From a virus, in the IMG/VR virus record IMGVR_UViG_3300030106_006480, positions 10,143-74,142 of that record: a stretch of DNA of 64,000 nt; one strand, given 5' to 3'. This document shows positions 17,269 through 24,899 of this stretch, piece by piece (within the stretch, counting starts at the first letter, position 1; each line of letters opens with the position of its first letter). Under the pieces are notes generated by a model. The model did no database searches, was not told where the DNA came from, and was given only the letters and a program-made list of their open reading frames with translations. The position numbers and the translations under genes are program-made.

Positions 17269-19068
17269 TTAGGTTAGTTGTTCTTCTCTTTTTATCAACG
17301 CAACTTTGAATGCGTCTTCAACATTGGAACGTTCGAGATCACTGAGTCTTTTGTTGCCAATATCACCGATTTGATTAACAGTCATGACACCATTATTAAC
17401 AAAGAGTTGAATGGTGTAACGAGGCTGCCCATCAATCATGGTCAGAATGATGAGTTGTCTCATCTTCTTGATATCATCTGCATAACCATGACCAGCACCA
17501 ACACAGTTGCGGACGGCTCGACCCCAAGCTGCTAGCTGGTGTGTGTCATAAGGCTGTAAGAAGCTATACTTAACATCTTCACCGTCATTGCATTGCTCAA
17601 CTTTGATGGGTTGAGGAAATAGCTTCTGAGGCAAGTTAACGTTAGCGTTGCTGATCTTCCATGTCTCTGCCATGAGATGATCGTGCCATTCCATTAAACG
17701 CCAGCGCTTGGGCTTGATGTTGTCAGTACGATCAGTAGTAATGCATTGGCAAAGCATGTCATAAGTATCACGCCAATCTGTCATGTAGACATGGCGCTGT
17801 CCTGTAGCAGCGTCAGCACTTAGAAGGTAACCTCCGCATTCACTTCTTTGTTGGTCAAGTTCTGACTGTTGCTTGTACTTTTGATAGAGCATGTTGAGAA
17901 ATGATTCAACAGGCAAGTTTTCTTGCATCCACTGAAAACCAGTTCTGTTGTGAGAGTTAATTAGTACTATTTTAGAGAGCCAATCAAACCTGGAATGAAG
18001 TAGATTGTGATCAATGTCACGATAAACTTCTTTGATTTCATTGACAGATGATAAGAACTGATAAAGAATTCCATAGGGTGGTTTAAGTGCTTCACGATCA
18101 TACATATTTTGTGCAATATTATTTTCATGAATGACTTTGGTGTCATTCATTGCATTTAAAACTAAAGATCTAAACCACTTGGCAGATAGTACATCTTGCA
18201 TGTATTCACAACAGAAATGTTTACGCAATATATGGATAATATTGTCTACATCATGGACGTACATGGTCTCACTACCCATCCATCTAGGCCTGGACCAGTA
18301 CTTTGACATAATATTTTCAAACTTGTTGTTCTCAGGATCAAGCCGAGTAAAGATATCATCGCTTGATCCTCCTTTGAATTGAGGAATATCTTTGGCAAGT
18401 TGGTTTTCCCATTTTTGAACAGTGCGATAAACAGTCCAGGTCTTACCATAAGACTTGAGGTGATGCTCACTACGGTTGGGATCTTTCCAGTAGTTACCGG
18501 TATAGCCATCCATGATGTCATCTTTAGTCATCAGGATTGTTTTGCGATACCAATAACTGCGGCCATCTTTGATACGTGGAAGCATCATTGATTCATCATT
18601 TTGATTAAACATGCACTTACCAAGTGTGCGACGACTTGGGATGTATACATCAGTACATTGTTTACGAGCTGCTGCTGTATCTCGATACGCAATTGTCAAG
18701 CCATAGATGTATGAATCATCTTTTGACTGTAAAAGCTTGCTGCCATTCGGAGGCAGCCATGCAGCTACCCACAATTGGCGATGATAGTAGACAACAGCAA
18801 ATGGTTCAGGTTCCTGTCCAAAGACAGGCTTCGTAAATAAGTGAACTTTGTCTGGTGCTTTCTCTTTGTTGAGCTGTTCTACTGTTTGTTCCCACAAGTT
18901 GTCTTTAACGACGTGCTTGGGGAACATGTTTGAAGGACGACCACTGGGAAATGTTTTCCGCTTGTTCTTGTTACGATTTTCTGTAGCTATAGGGGCTGCA
19001 AGTTTCTTACGCGTTTGGTCATAGCCTGCAACTTCAAGTGCAAGCTGGTTAGGAAGATTGAAATGCAT
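17269..19068 (-). CDS. PcfJ-domain protein
   Basis: C-terminal WHDHL...LAAWGRAVRNCVG...Y...YTIQL...QI...N pattern. Confidence 0.7.
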   Translation of the reverse strand: MHFNLPNQLALEVAGYDQTRKKLAAPIATENRNKNKRKTFPSGRPSNMFPKHVVKDNLWEQTVEQLNKEKAPDKVHLFTKPVFGQEPEPFAVVYYHRQLWVAAWLPPNGSKLLQSKDDSYIYGLTIAYRDTAAARKQCTDVYIPSRRTLGKCMFNQNDESMMLPRIKDGRSYWYRKTILMTKDDIMDGYTGNYWKDPNRSEHHLKSYGKTWTVYRTVQKWENQLAKDIPQFKGGSSDDIFTRLDPENNKFENIMSKYWSRPRWMGSETMYVHDVDNIIHILRKHFCCEYMQDVLSAKWFRSLVLNAMNDTKVIHENNIAQNMYDREALKPPYGILYQFLSSVNEIKEVYRDIDHNLLHSRFDWLSKIVLINSHNRTGFQWMQENLPVESFLNMLYQKYKQQSELDQQRSECGGYLLSADAATGQRHVYMTDWRDTYDMLCQCITTDRTDNIKPKRWRLMEWHDHLMAETWKISNANVNLPQKLFPQPIKVEQCNDGEDVKYSFLQPYDTHQLAAWGRAVRNCVGAGHGYADDIKKMRQLIILTMIDGQPRYTIQLFVNNGVMTVNQIGDIGNKRLSDLERSNVEDAFKVALIKREEQLT

Positions 19069-19098
19069 GATTTAGTGTAGTGTGATGTGTTGTAAAAG

Positions 19099-19138
19099 AT
19101 TGGGACTTACATGCAGTCGGGGAAATGCAATGCCCAAT
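19099..19138 (-). ncRNA. Family B hairpin element, copy 3
   Basis: minus: ATTGGG-CAT-TGCA...TGCA-TGTAAGT-CCCAAT. Confidence 0.7.
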
Positions 19139-19141
19139 AGA

Positions 19142-19516
19142 TTAGAACTCGATGCAGTCTGGATCGTCTGCAACCCAATCAAGATCTAGTTGATCTAAGA
19201 ATTGAATTTGTTCTGGTTGAGAACCGTCGATAGGAGGTGGTAACTCTCCTTCTTCTAGTTCAAAACACGCACTACAGACTGCTGGACCATATTCAGCAGG
19301 ATGGGCAAAATCTGCTGGATGGTAAGTTGCAGGAATTGTTTGAACCATGTCAGCAATCTCGGCAACAGAGATCCAAGAAGATGTTCCATGTTCATCGACA
19401 AGATCAAGTTCAATAGAGCGGACATAAAGAATTTCAGTCATTAGAGTTGATGTTAAGGATTTGGACCGCCGCATTTGATAATGCTTCGGCTTGGTCAAAA
19501 TACTTGTTCCACTCAT
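19142..19516 (-). CDS. Acidic hypothetical protein (likely start MTEILY)
   Basis: ORF with HPAEYGPAVC motif. Confidence 0.6.
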   Translation of the reverse strand: MSGTSILTKPKHYQMRRSKSLTSTLMTEILYVRSIELDLVDEHGTSSWISVAEIADMVQTIPATYHPADFAHPAEYGPAVCSACFELEEGELPPPIDGSQPEQIQFLDQLDLDWVADDPDCIEF

Positions 19517-19635
19517 TAGAACCGATTGGGTACTGTTGTGCCTCAGTTCTTTTGGTATCTGCTATACCTGATACAGTTTGATAAGCAACCATCAAAGTTT
19601 GGTGATCCATAGTGAAGTGTAGTGTGATGTGGACA

Positions 19636-19663
19636 TAGACAGTTTAAGGTCTTATCTAGGACC
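19636..19663 (-). ncRNA. Family A pseudoknot element, copy 3
   Basis: minus: GGTC-CTAGATAA-GACC-TTAAAC-TGTCTA; minus-strand TATAAT just upstream. Confidence 0.7.
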
Positions 19664-19763
19664 ATGTAAGGGTATTAATTATAAGTATTATTGATTAGTA
19701 GATGTCCCCCCTTGGTAGCCCCCTGGGGGGTGCAGGGGGGGTACCCATTGAGATATTCCATAT

Positions 19764-20132
19764 TTAGATGTGTTCTGGTTTTAGATTAAACTTTTGAATT
19801 GCATCATCCGTTGCTTCTTGATCGCCATCGAGGACGACCAGTCCGCGTATACGATTGGATGCTGCATGCCAAATATAACTAGTGCAGTCATATCGCTCAG
19901 TATCTTTCCCATCAACTACAACAGTGATGGGATACTGTCCAGTCTCGATCTTAGGAGGGATTGTCTTGTCATTAGTAATGATACTGATTAGATCAAACCC
20001 TGCCTTGTCATGGATCTCTCCATGTAGATAGATACCGTCCAGGCCGTAGAAAAGCTCTCCGTCTTTTAAGTGTTTACGATTGAGGGTACCAAAACCTTCT
20101 GCATACCAAGTGGGTTTCATTAGTCTGACCAC
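19764..20132 (-). CDS. Hypothetical protein
   Basis: Early-region ORF. Confidence 0.55.
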   Translation of the reverse strand: MVRLMKPTWYAEGFGTLNRKHLKDGELFYGLDGIYLHGEIHDKAGFDLISIITNDKTIPPKIETGQYPITVVVDGKDTERYDCTSYIWHAASNRIRGLVVLDGDQEATDDAIQKFNLKPEHI

Positions 20133-20410
20133 ATGTCAGGTTTCTTATTGTATTCAGGAAGATCTGGTGTTTCTTCTGGTTTCAAGTCAGGAGGACTGAG
20201 CTTTGGAAGATCACAGATTTTAATGTTGCGTTTGCTGAGGCCGGTTCCGGGGATCCCCACAGATCCACGGATGCCGGACTCTCTTGCATTTAGAGTGAGC
20301 TGGAACGGACCAAGTTTGAATGACTTGGAGAATGATTGTGGGCCACGTTCTGTGAAGTTGATGCCTGCAATCGTCTTGTCAAAGTTGATTGCGCTGCGTT
20401 TGCGTGTCAT
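20120..20410 (-). CDS. DUF4236-like protein
   Basis: SKSFKLGPFQLTLN...GSVGIPGTGLS. Confidence 0.6.
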   Translation of the reverse strand: MTRKRSAINFDKTIAGINFTERGPQSFSKSFKLGPFQLTLNARESGIRGSVGIPGTGLSKRNIKICDLPKLSPPDLKPEETPDLPEYNKKPDMWSD

Positions 20411-20428
20411 GATTTTGAATTGAAATGA

Positions 20429-20632
20429 TTAGTAAGTGATCCTGTAGTGTGTATATCCTGCAGGACGTTTCCGAAGTTTCTCGAATAAAGCTTCAGCTTC
20501 TTTACGAGTATCAAATGAACCATGGTATTTGTAGTGACTATCTATCCAACACTTTTGAATACCGTTAGCTCTTGCTACATAGGATTCTTTAATCAAATAC
20601 TCTTCAACTTTGAAATGTTTGAGGTCTGTCAT
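20429..20632 (-). CDS. Hypothetical early protein
   Basis: ATGA-coupled small ORF chain. Confidence 0.55.
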   Translation of the reverse strand: MTDLKHFKVEEYLIKESYVARANGIQKCWIDSHYKYHGSFDTRKEAEALFEKLRKRPAGYTHYRITY

Positions 20633-20820
20633 GATTCAAGATCCTCTTTGAAGATAAATCCTTTAGCTCTAGCTTTATCTTTAATCTTCTTATCTTGTAT
20701 ATCTTTACCGTGCATATAGCTTTCGACTGATTGTCCAGGTTTTGGGCCTCTTGTTGGAAGTTTAGTAACTTTGTATTCAGTTGCAGGAACCCAGCTTTGT
20801 TTAGATCGTTTGCGTGTCAT
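20629..20820 (-). CDS. Basic hypothetical early protein
   Basis: Coupled ORF; shares MTRKRS N-terminus with 20120..20410. Confidence 0.55.
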   Translation of the reverse strand: MTRKRSKQSWVPATEYKVTKLPTRGPKPGQSVESYMHGKDIQDKKIKDKARAKGFIFKEDLES

Positions 20821-21032
20821 GATGAAGCGTTTGGATAGAGTTGATTGTAGATTGAAACTGTATTGCGATGGAGTGAGTTAACTCGCATAAAGTTAGCTTC
20901 AAGCCATTCGTGTAATGCAATTTCAATAACTCGGGATTCTTCAACCCCGAGTATGTCTGACAACAGTTCAATCATTTGCTGATCGATCTGTGTGATTGGG
21001 GTTACCTTGTAGTTTGATGGGTCAGTCATCAA
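20817..21032 (-). CDS. Hypothetical (ribbon-helix-helix-like) protein
   Basis: Coupled ORF; LSDILGVEESRVIEIALHEWL. Confidence 0.5.
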   Translation of the reverse strand: MMTDPSNYKVTPITQIDQQMIELLSDILGVEESRVIEIALHEWLEANFMRVNSLHRNTVSIYNQLYPNASS

Positions 21033-21219
21033 GAATTTGCTCTGCTAGTTGTTGCATTTTTGTCTCTGCATCTTTCCACTTGTTCAAGTAATACTGCTCT
21101 TCCTCTGGTGTATCAGAGTTGAGCATCATTGCATGGTAAGTGGTGCATTGACGAAATTGTTTTGTGAAGGGATCTTCACCCCACGGCTCTGGTTGCTCCA
21201 GAAGAATTGAAGATGACAC
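21022..21219 (-). CDS. Hypothetical early protein
   Basis: Coupled ORF. Confidence 0.5.
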   Translation of the reverse strand: MSSSILLEQPEPWGEDPFTKQFRQCTTYHAMMLNSDTPEEEQYYLNKWKDAETKMQQLAEQILDD

Positions 21220-21388
21220 GATTCTTTTGAGTGTAGATACGAATGTGTTTTAGGACAGTAGAGTCACTGATGCCATACTTCATTGCTATTTCTTTAGCTG
21301 ATAAGCCTACGAAATAGTATTGATAAGCAGCTTCAGCGATCTCTTCAGGCAGCATGGAGTAACCTCCTTTGATGTACTTTCTGGGCAT
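21176..21388 (-). CDS. HTH DNA-binding protein (sigma region 4-like)
   Basis: YYFVGLSAKEIAMKYGISDSTVLKHIR. Confidence 0.65.
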   Translation of the reverse strand: MPRKYIKGGYSMLPEEIAEAAYQYYFVGLSAKEIAMKYGISDSTVLKHIRIYTQKNRVIFNSSGATRAVG

Positions 21389-21394
21389 TGAGTC

Positions 21395-21601
21395 TTAGCT
21401 GTCGTGTGAAGGAAGTTCAGGGAAGTTAGGATCATCAGGATCCATATTGGTTTTGTAATGGACTGAACCATCTGGTGAGACAAAGCCAGCCATGTACTTA
21501 CCACCTGCATTCTCAGCTATTTCAGCAAATTTTGCGGTGAGCCTCATGAACTGAAGTTTTTGAGAATCAGGAACATTCTCTGGAGTGATGTCTTTAGACA
21601 T
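21395..21601 (-). CDS. Hypothetical early protein
   Basis: ORF in operon. Confidence 0.55.
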   Translation of the reverse strand: MSKDITPENVPDSQKLQFMRLTAKFAEIAENAGGKYMAGFVSPDGSVHYKTNMDPDDPNFPELPSHDS

Positions 21602-21646
21602 GATGAATTAATAAGCAATGATAAGTTTTACTAATGTGTTAATGAG

Positions 21647-21916
21647 TTAAGACCAGTAGTCTTTTCTGCATCTGAATTGAAGCATCTCGTAAGTCCAGCT
21701 GCTTCCTTCAAAGTCAACAATGGTTTTCATTGCTGCTTGAACTGCAGACCAGTCTTCTGGACGTGAGGGGCATACAGACATGTACTGCACACAAGCAGCG
21801 TCAAGTTTGTTCCATGCTTCTTTCCAAGCATCATCATCAAACTCGGGTTCTGTTGGCATCTCACGGCCCTTCTCTTCAAAGTAAGGACCAAAGATGTCTT
21901 TGATTGTTTCAAGCAT
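21647..21916 (-). CDS. Hypothetical early protein
   Basis: ORF downstream of a family B element. Confidence 0.6.
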   Translation of the reverse strand: MLETIKDIFGPYFEEKGREMPTEPEFDDDAWKEAWNKLDAACVQYMSVCPSRPEDWSAVQAAMKTIVDFEGSSWTYEMLQFRCRKDYWS

Positions 21917-21941
21917 AGATTTTGGTGTAGTAAAGGAAAAG

Positions 21942-21972
21942 TACTAGGACTTACGCTGTAAGCTGCCTAGTA
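21942..21972 (-). ncRNA. Family B hairpin element, copy 4
   Basis: minus: TACTAGG-CA-GCTTACAGC-GTAAGT-CCTAGTA. Confidence 0.7.
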
Positions 21973-21986
21973 GTTGTGTTACTTAA

Positions 21987-22358
21987 TCAACAGTAATAAA
22001 CAGGTTCAGTGGGATAATGCCTGGCATAGTCATCACCAAACGTGATATCAATAGCAGTTAATCCTCTGCTGTCGCTAATCAAAGGTTGGTCTTGGTAGTC
22101 GTATCCAATTGAGAGACGGATTGCTTCTTTGATTGCTTGCTTCTTACTGAAGACAAAGATCGTGTTAAGCGGTTCGCCTTCTTCGTACCACCATCCACCT
22201 TCTTCTGGCCCACCATATTTTTGCCAAGTGTTGTGGACTTGGATGGTGATTGGATCTTGGTTGTCGAACTCTTTGTACCAGTTGTAGATGTTGATCCAGT
22301 ACCTTGCGTATCCTGTTTTGGGATACTGTTTGGTGTAGGTTTTGAGTGAATTAGACAT
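21987..22358 (-). CDS. Conserved phage early protein (YGGPEEGGWWY motif)
   Basis: YGGPEEGGWWYEEG motif; P..YYC C-terminus. Confidence 0.7.
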   Translation of the reverse strand: MSNSLKTYTKQYPKTGYARYWINIYNWYKEFDNQDPITIQVHNTWQKYGGPEEGGWWYEEGEPLNTIFVFSKKQAIKEAIRLSIGYDYQDQPLISDSRGLTAIDITFGDDYARHYPTEPVYYC

Positions 22359-22443
22359 CTGAAGTTGTTGTAAAGAACTGTACAGATAACAGTAATGATT
22401 ACAATGATGTGCAAGATGACATCATCGTTATTGTTGTCATGCA

Positions 22444-22638
22444 TTAGTTAGTTCCTCCATATTCTTTGTGATAGTCATCTTCGCCTGATACCGCTTCAGA
22501 CATAAGTTCTTGCATAAGTTGTTCTTGCTCATTAGCTATGTCGTTAAGGACAAATAACTGATCAGCAGTGTATTCAGACTTCTCCTGGTCATCGAAGTTG
22601 TCTTGTTGCTCATGGAGCCAAGTTTTGATAAGTGACAT
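22444..22638 (-). CDS. Acidic hypothetical early protein
   Basis: ORF downstream of a family A element. Confidence 0.55.
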   Translation of the reverse strand: MSLIKTWLHEQQDNFDDQEKSEYTADQLFVLNDIANEQEQLMQELMSEAVSGEDDYHKEYGGTN

Positions 22639-22663
22639 GATGCGTAGTGAAATAAGGTTTGCA

Positions 22664-22691
22664 TGAGCAGTTTAAGGACATGCTCAGGTCC
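22664..22691 (-). ncRNA. Family A pseudoknot element, copy 4
   Basis: minus: GGAC-CTGAGCAT-GTCC-TTAAAC-TGCTCA. Confidence 0.75.
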
Positions 22692-22876
22692 AAGTACTAA
22701 ATTTCGTCCATGCAGTCAGGCATGAAAGCAACGCATTCCTTGATTAGGTCTGAGTTGTTAAGGCATTTGAGAGACTCTTCAGTGTGAAAGTCATCGCTCA
22801 TATCTTCCTGACATTCAAGATAGCTATCGATCAGGATTTTGCGTTGAGCTTTGGTGATGTAGGTACTAGGCATAAT

Positions 22877-23074
22877 TTAGTTGTTGTGTGAAGTGTAGGG
22901 TTGAACTTCAATAGATTGAGCTTGAGTCTTCATTGTGTAGCTAACAGCGTAAACACCGGCCACAACAAGAAGGACACAAGAGATACAACCAACAATCCAG
23001 GTAGGAACATCTGATTTGTAGTAAGAGTCAAGACAGACGTATCTGTTTGAACCAAGCTTGATGATTTGTTTCAT
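22877..23074 (-). CDS. Small membrane protein
   Basis: One hydrophobic segment. Confidence 0.5.
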   Translation of the reverse strand: MKQIIKLGSNRYVCLDSYYKSDVPTWIVGCISCVLLVVAGVYAVSYTMKTQAQSIEVQPYTSHNN

Positions 23075-23460
23075 GATTTGGTGAGCCAGTGATCCTGGAC
23101 TTGTTGTGTGAGTTTAAAGTTGTTGAGTTTGACTTTAATCTGCACGTCATCCCATACGTTGGTTGGTACACAAACTGTCTTGGTTTCAGATTGACCATCA
23201 ACGATGATCATTTCTCTGTACCAGTTTGTTTCCCTATTTCTGGGATAAGCAATGACGATGGCTCTATAGTCATCGCCTGCAGATAATACCATCCATTCCT
23301 TGTCACGAGCAGCAAGGATAGCTTGTTCCTGGAGCTGTTTAGTAGATGGATGGGTCGGGAGAGATGAATCGTGCAAGACTTCGTCGTGCATTGTTGAATC
23401 CATGTTTGATGTTGTCTTTGGTTGGGACTTTGGCATCACCGATGAGGTCACCGATGTCAT
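23071..23460 (-). CDS. Hypothetical early protein
   Basis: Coupled ORF. Confidence 0.5.
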   Translation of the reverse strand: MTSVTSSVMPKSQPKTTSNMDSTMHDEVLHDSSLPTHPSTKQLQEQAILAARDKEWMVLSAGDDYRAIVIAYPRNRETNWYREMIIVDGQSETKTVCVPTNVWDDVQIKVKLNNFKLTQQVQDHWLTKS

Positions 23461-23639
23461 GAAGAAGACTCTTTGTCTTCTTCCTTAGTTTGAATTGAGT
23501 CATTGTCAGAGAATGCATAGAGTGTAACCATGAATGCTCCTGTGGCAATACCAATAGGAGACATTCCAAGAAGTGCGGCACCACCTAGCAAAGCTGCTGT
23601 GATGCCTACTGATTGTCGCTTAGTCTTGTCCATTGTCAA
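23457..23639 (-). CDS. Small membrane protein
   Basis: Gly/Ala-rich hydrophobic segments. Confidence 0.5.
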   Translation of the reverse strand: MTMDKTKRQSVGITAALLGGAALLGMSPIGIATGAFMVTLYAFSDNDSIQTKEEDKESSS

Positions 23640-23654
23640 GATAAGAAACGTTTG

Positions 23655-23710
23655 AGCAGGATATAGAGTCCTGCAGAGAAGGCCCGTAGGCCCTCAGTGC
23701 AAGAGTCAGT
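23655..23710 (-). ncRNA. Intergenic hairpin with alternative pairing (element D)
   Basis: minus: TCTTGCA-CT-GAGGGCC-TACG-GGCCTTC-TC-TGCAGGA, followed by competing GCAGGA...TCCTGC. Confidence 0.55.
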
Positions 23711-23909
23711 TAGCTAAGTAACGGATATGCATGCAGTGTTTAGCATCACCTACCCATGAACGCATAGTAACCAAACGATGATAGTCAGGTTGCTTCAGGC
23801 ATTCCTGGGTAGCAATCTTATTCAGATGTTTCTGCCCTGCTACGCAAAGCAAAGCACCGATACCAACACCTGCAATGATGGCAGTGATAGGAGTGAGAGG
23901 AGAACGCAT
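23706..23909 (-). CDS. Small membrane-anchored protein
   Basis: Start moved to MRSPLTP; N-terminal transmembrane segment. Confidence 0.55.
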   Translation of the reverse strand: MRSPLTPITAIIAGVGIGALLCVAGQKHLNKIATQECLKQPDYHRLVTMRSWVGDAKHCMHIRYLAN

Positions 23910-23928
23910 GATGTGTGATGTAATAGAG

Positions 23929-23995
23929 ATGCCACGGGATTGTGGCAATAACTGCCGGAGGGTTTGCACCTCCGGACCCGCTTTAACGGATCAGT
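23929..23995 (-). ncRNA. Family C tRNA-like element, copy 1
   Basis: minus: ACTGA-T-CCGTTAAAGCGG-GT-CCGGAGG-TGCAAAC-CCTCCGG-CAGTTAT-TGCCAC...GTGGCA. Confidence 0.7.
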
Positions 23996-24203
23996 CTTTA
24001 TCAGAGAAATAACCGACTGCTATGCCAATGGCACCGCAAATCACAAATGTAATGGGATGAGTGGTCATAAACTCCCACTGCCAGTGATAGAACATACGCA
24101 CAGGAGGTAGCGTAAGATACATTGCAAAAGCTAGTAAACAACCAAGGACTGCACCAACTAAAGTTGCACCCAAGGTAGACAGCTTTTCAAATGAAGTGAA
24201 CAT
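23991..24203 (-). CDS. Small two-TM membrane protein
   Basis: Two hydrophobic helices. Confidence 0.55.
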   Translation of the reverse strand: MFTSFEKLSTLGATLVGAVLGCLLAFAMYLTLPPVRMFYHWQWEFMTTHPITFVICGAIGIAVGYFSDKD

Positions 24204-24225
24204 AGTTTAGTGTTTGAAACAATAG

Positions 24226-24290
24226 ATGCCACTTGATTGTGGCAATAGTTGAGTAGGGGATTCGATCCCCCGGCATCACGCCTGGTCAGA
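24226..24290 (-). ncRNA. Family C tRNA-like element, copy 2
   Basis: minus: CTGA..GGCGTGATGCC-GGGGGA-TCGAA-TCCCC...CTAT-TGCCAC...GTGGCA. Confidence 0.6.
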
Positions 24291-24476
24291 TGACCATCTC
24301 AACTGGAGATTCCATCATCTCCACAAAGGAGAGAACAGATATCTCTGAGTAGCCACACTCTTCTGGGTGACCTTCGTAGTTATGTTCGACCGAAAGATCG
24401 AACGCAACCGAGTCGGCCTCCTCCTTAGAGAAGTGTGCGCTGTGTTGTTGACCGTTGAGGATGACGAAGAACACGT
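24286..24476 (-). CDS. Acidic hypothetical early protein
   Basis: Probable GTG start (VFFVIL) after GGAG; the longer ORF-track version runs through element C3. Confidence 0.5.
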
Positions 24477-24496
24477 CAGTCGCTCCGAGTGTGCGG

Positions 24497-24568
24497 TACC
24501 TATCTCCGCTGTAGGTAATAACTGGTGGGGGCATTGCACCCCCACTGGCCGCTTGAACGGACTCAGTT
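24497..24568 (-). ncRNA. Family C tRNA-like element, copy 3
   Basis: minus: AACTG-AGT-CCGTTCAAGCGG-CCA-GTGGGGG-TGCAATG-CCCCCAC-CAGTT-AT-TACCTA...TAGGTA. Confidence 0.7.
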
Positions 24569-24844
24569 GACTTGAGCAACAATAGTTACTGCTCTACCAC
24601 CAAACTCTGGGCTATTGAACATCTTCATGCCTAACTTTGCGTCAGCCATGAATTCAATCAATGCCTTGTAAAGAGCACGGCAGTATTTCATCTGCTCTCG
24701 TTGTTGATCAGAATCATTAGCCAATAGCCAAGTCATCTGTCCTTCAGCAACAAGATAATCAACTGTTTGCAAGATATCTTCTTGGTCAACCGCTGCGTTA
24801 GCGTTGGCTTTCCAATCAAATTTCCAGCTGGTTTGAGTTTGCAT
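24563..24844 (-). CDS. First gene of the early arm, hypothetical
   Basis: ORF preceded by CACTTCACTTCATC leader and element A5. Confidence 0.6.
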   Translation of the reverse strand: MQTQTSWKFDWKANANAAVDQEDILQTVDYLVAEGQMTWLLANDSDQQREQMKYCRALYKALIEFMADAKLGMKMFNSPEFGGRAVTIVAQVN

Positions 24845-24866
24845 GATGAAGTGAAGTGAGTGGACT

Positions 24867-24895
24867 GCTACGGTTTAACGTCCATCAGCTAGACG
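24867..24895 (-). ncRNA. Family A pseudoknot element, copy 5 (divergent)
   Basis: minus: CGTC-TAGCTGATG-GACG-TTAAAC-CGTAGC. Confidence 0.55.
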
Positions 24896-24899
24896 AACT

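Noticed and set aside
23655-23710. Element D as a hammerhead ribozyme
   Set aside because: It lacks the CUGANGA and GAAA core on either strand
23929-24568. Family C elements as true tRNA genes
   Set aside because: No anticodon arm, no 7-bp acceptor stem and no CCA end
10794-24895. Dispersed intergenic repeats as a CRISPR array
   Set aside because: Copies are separated by whole genes, vary in their stems and lack regular spacers; no cas operon is present
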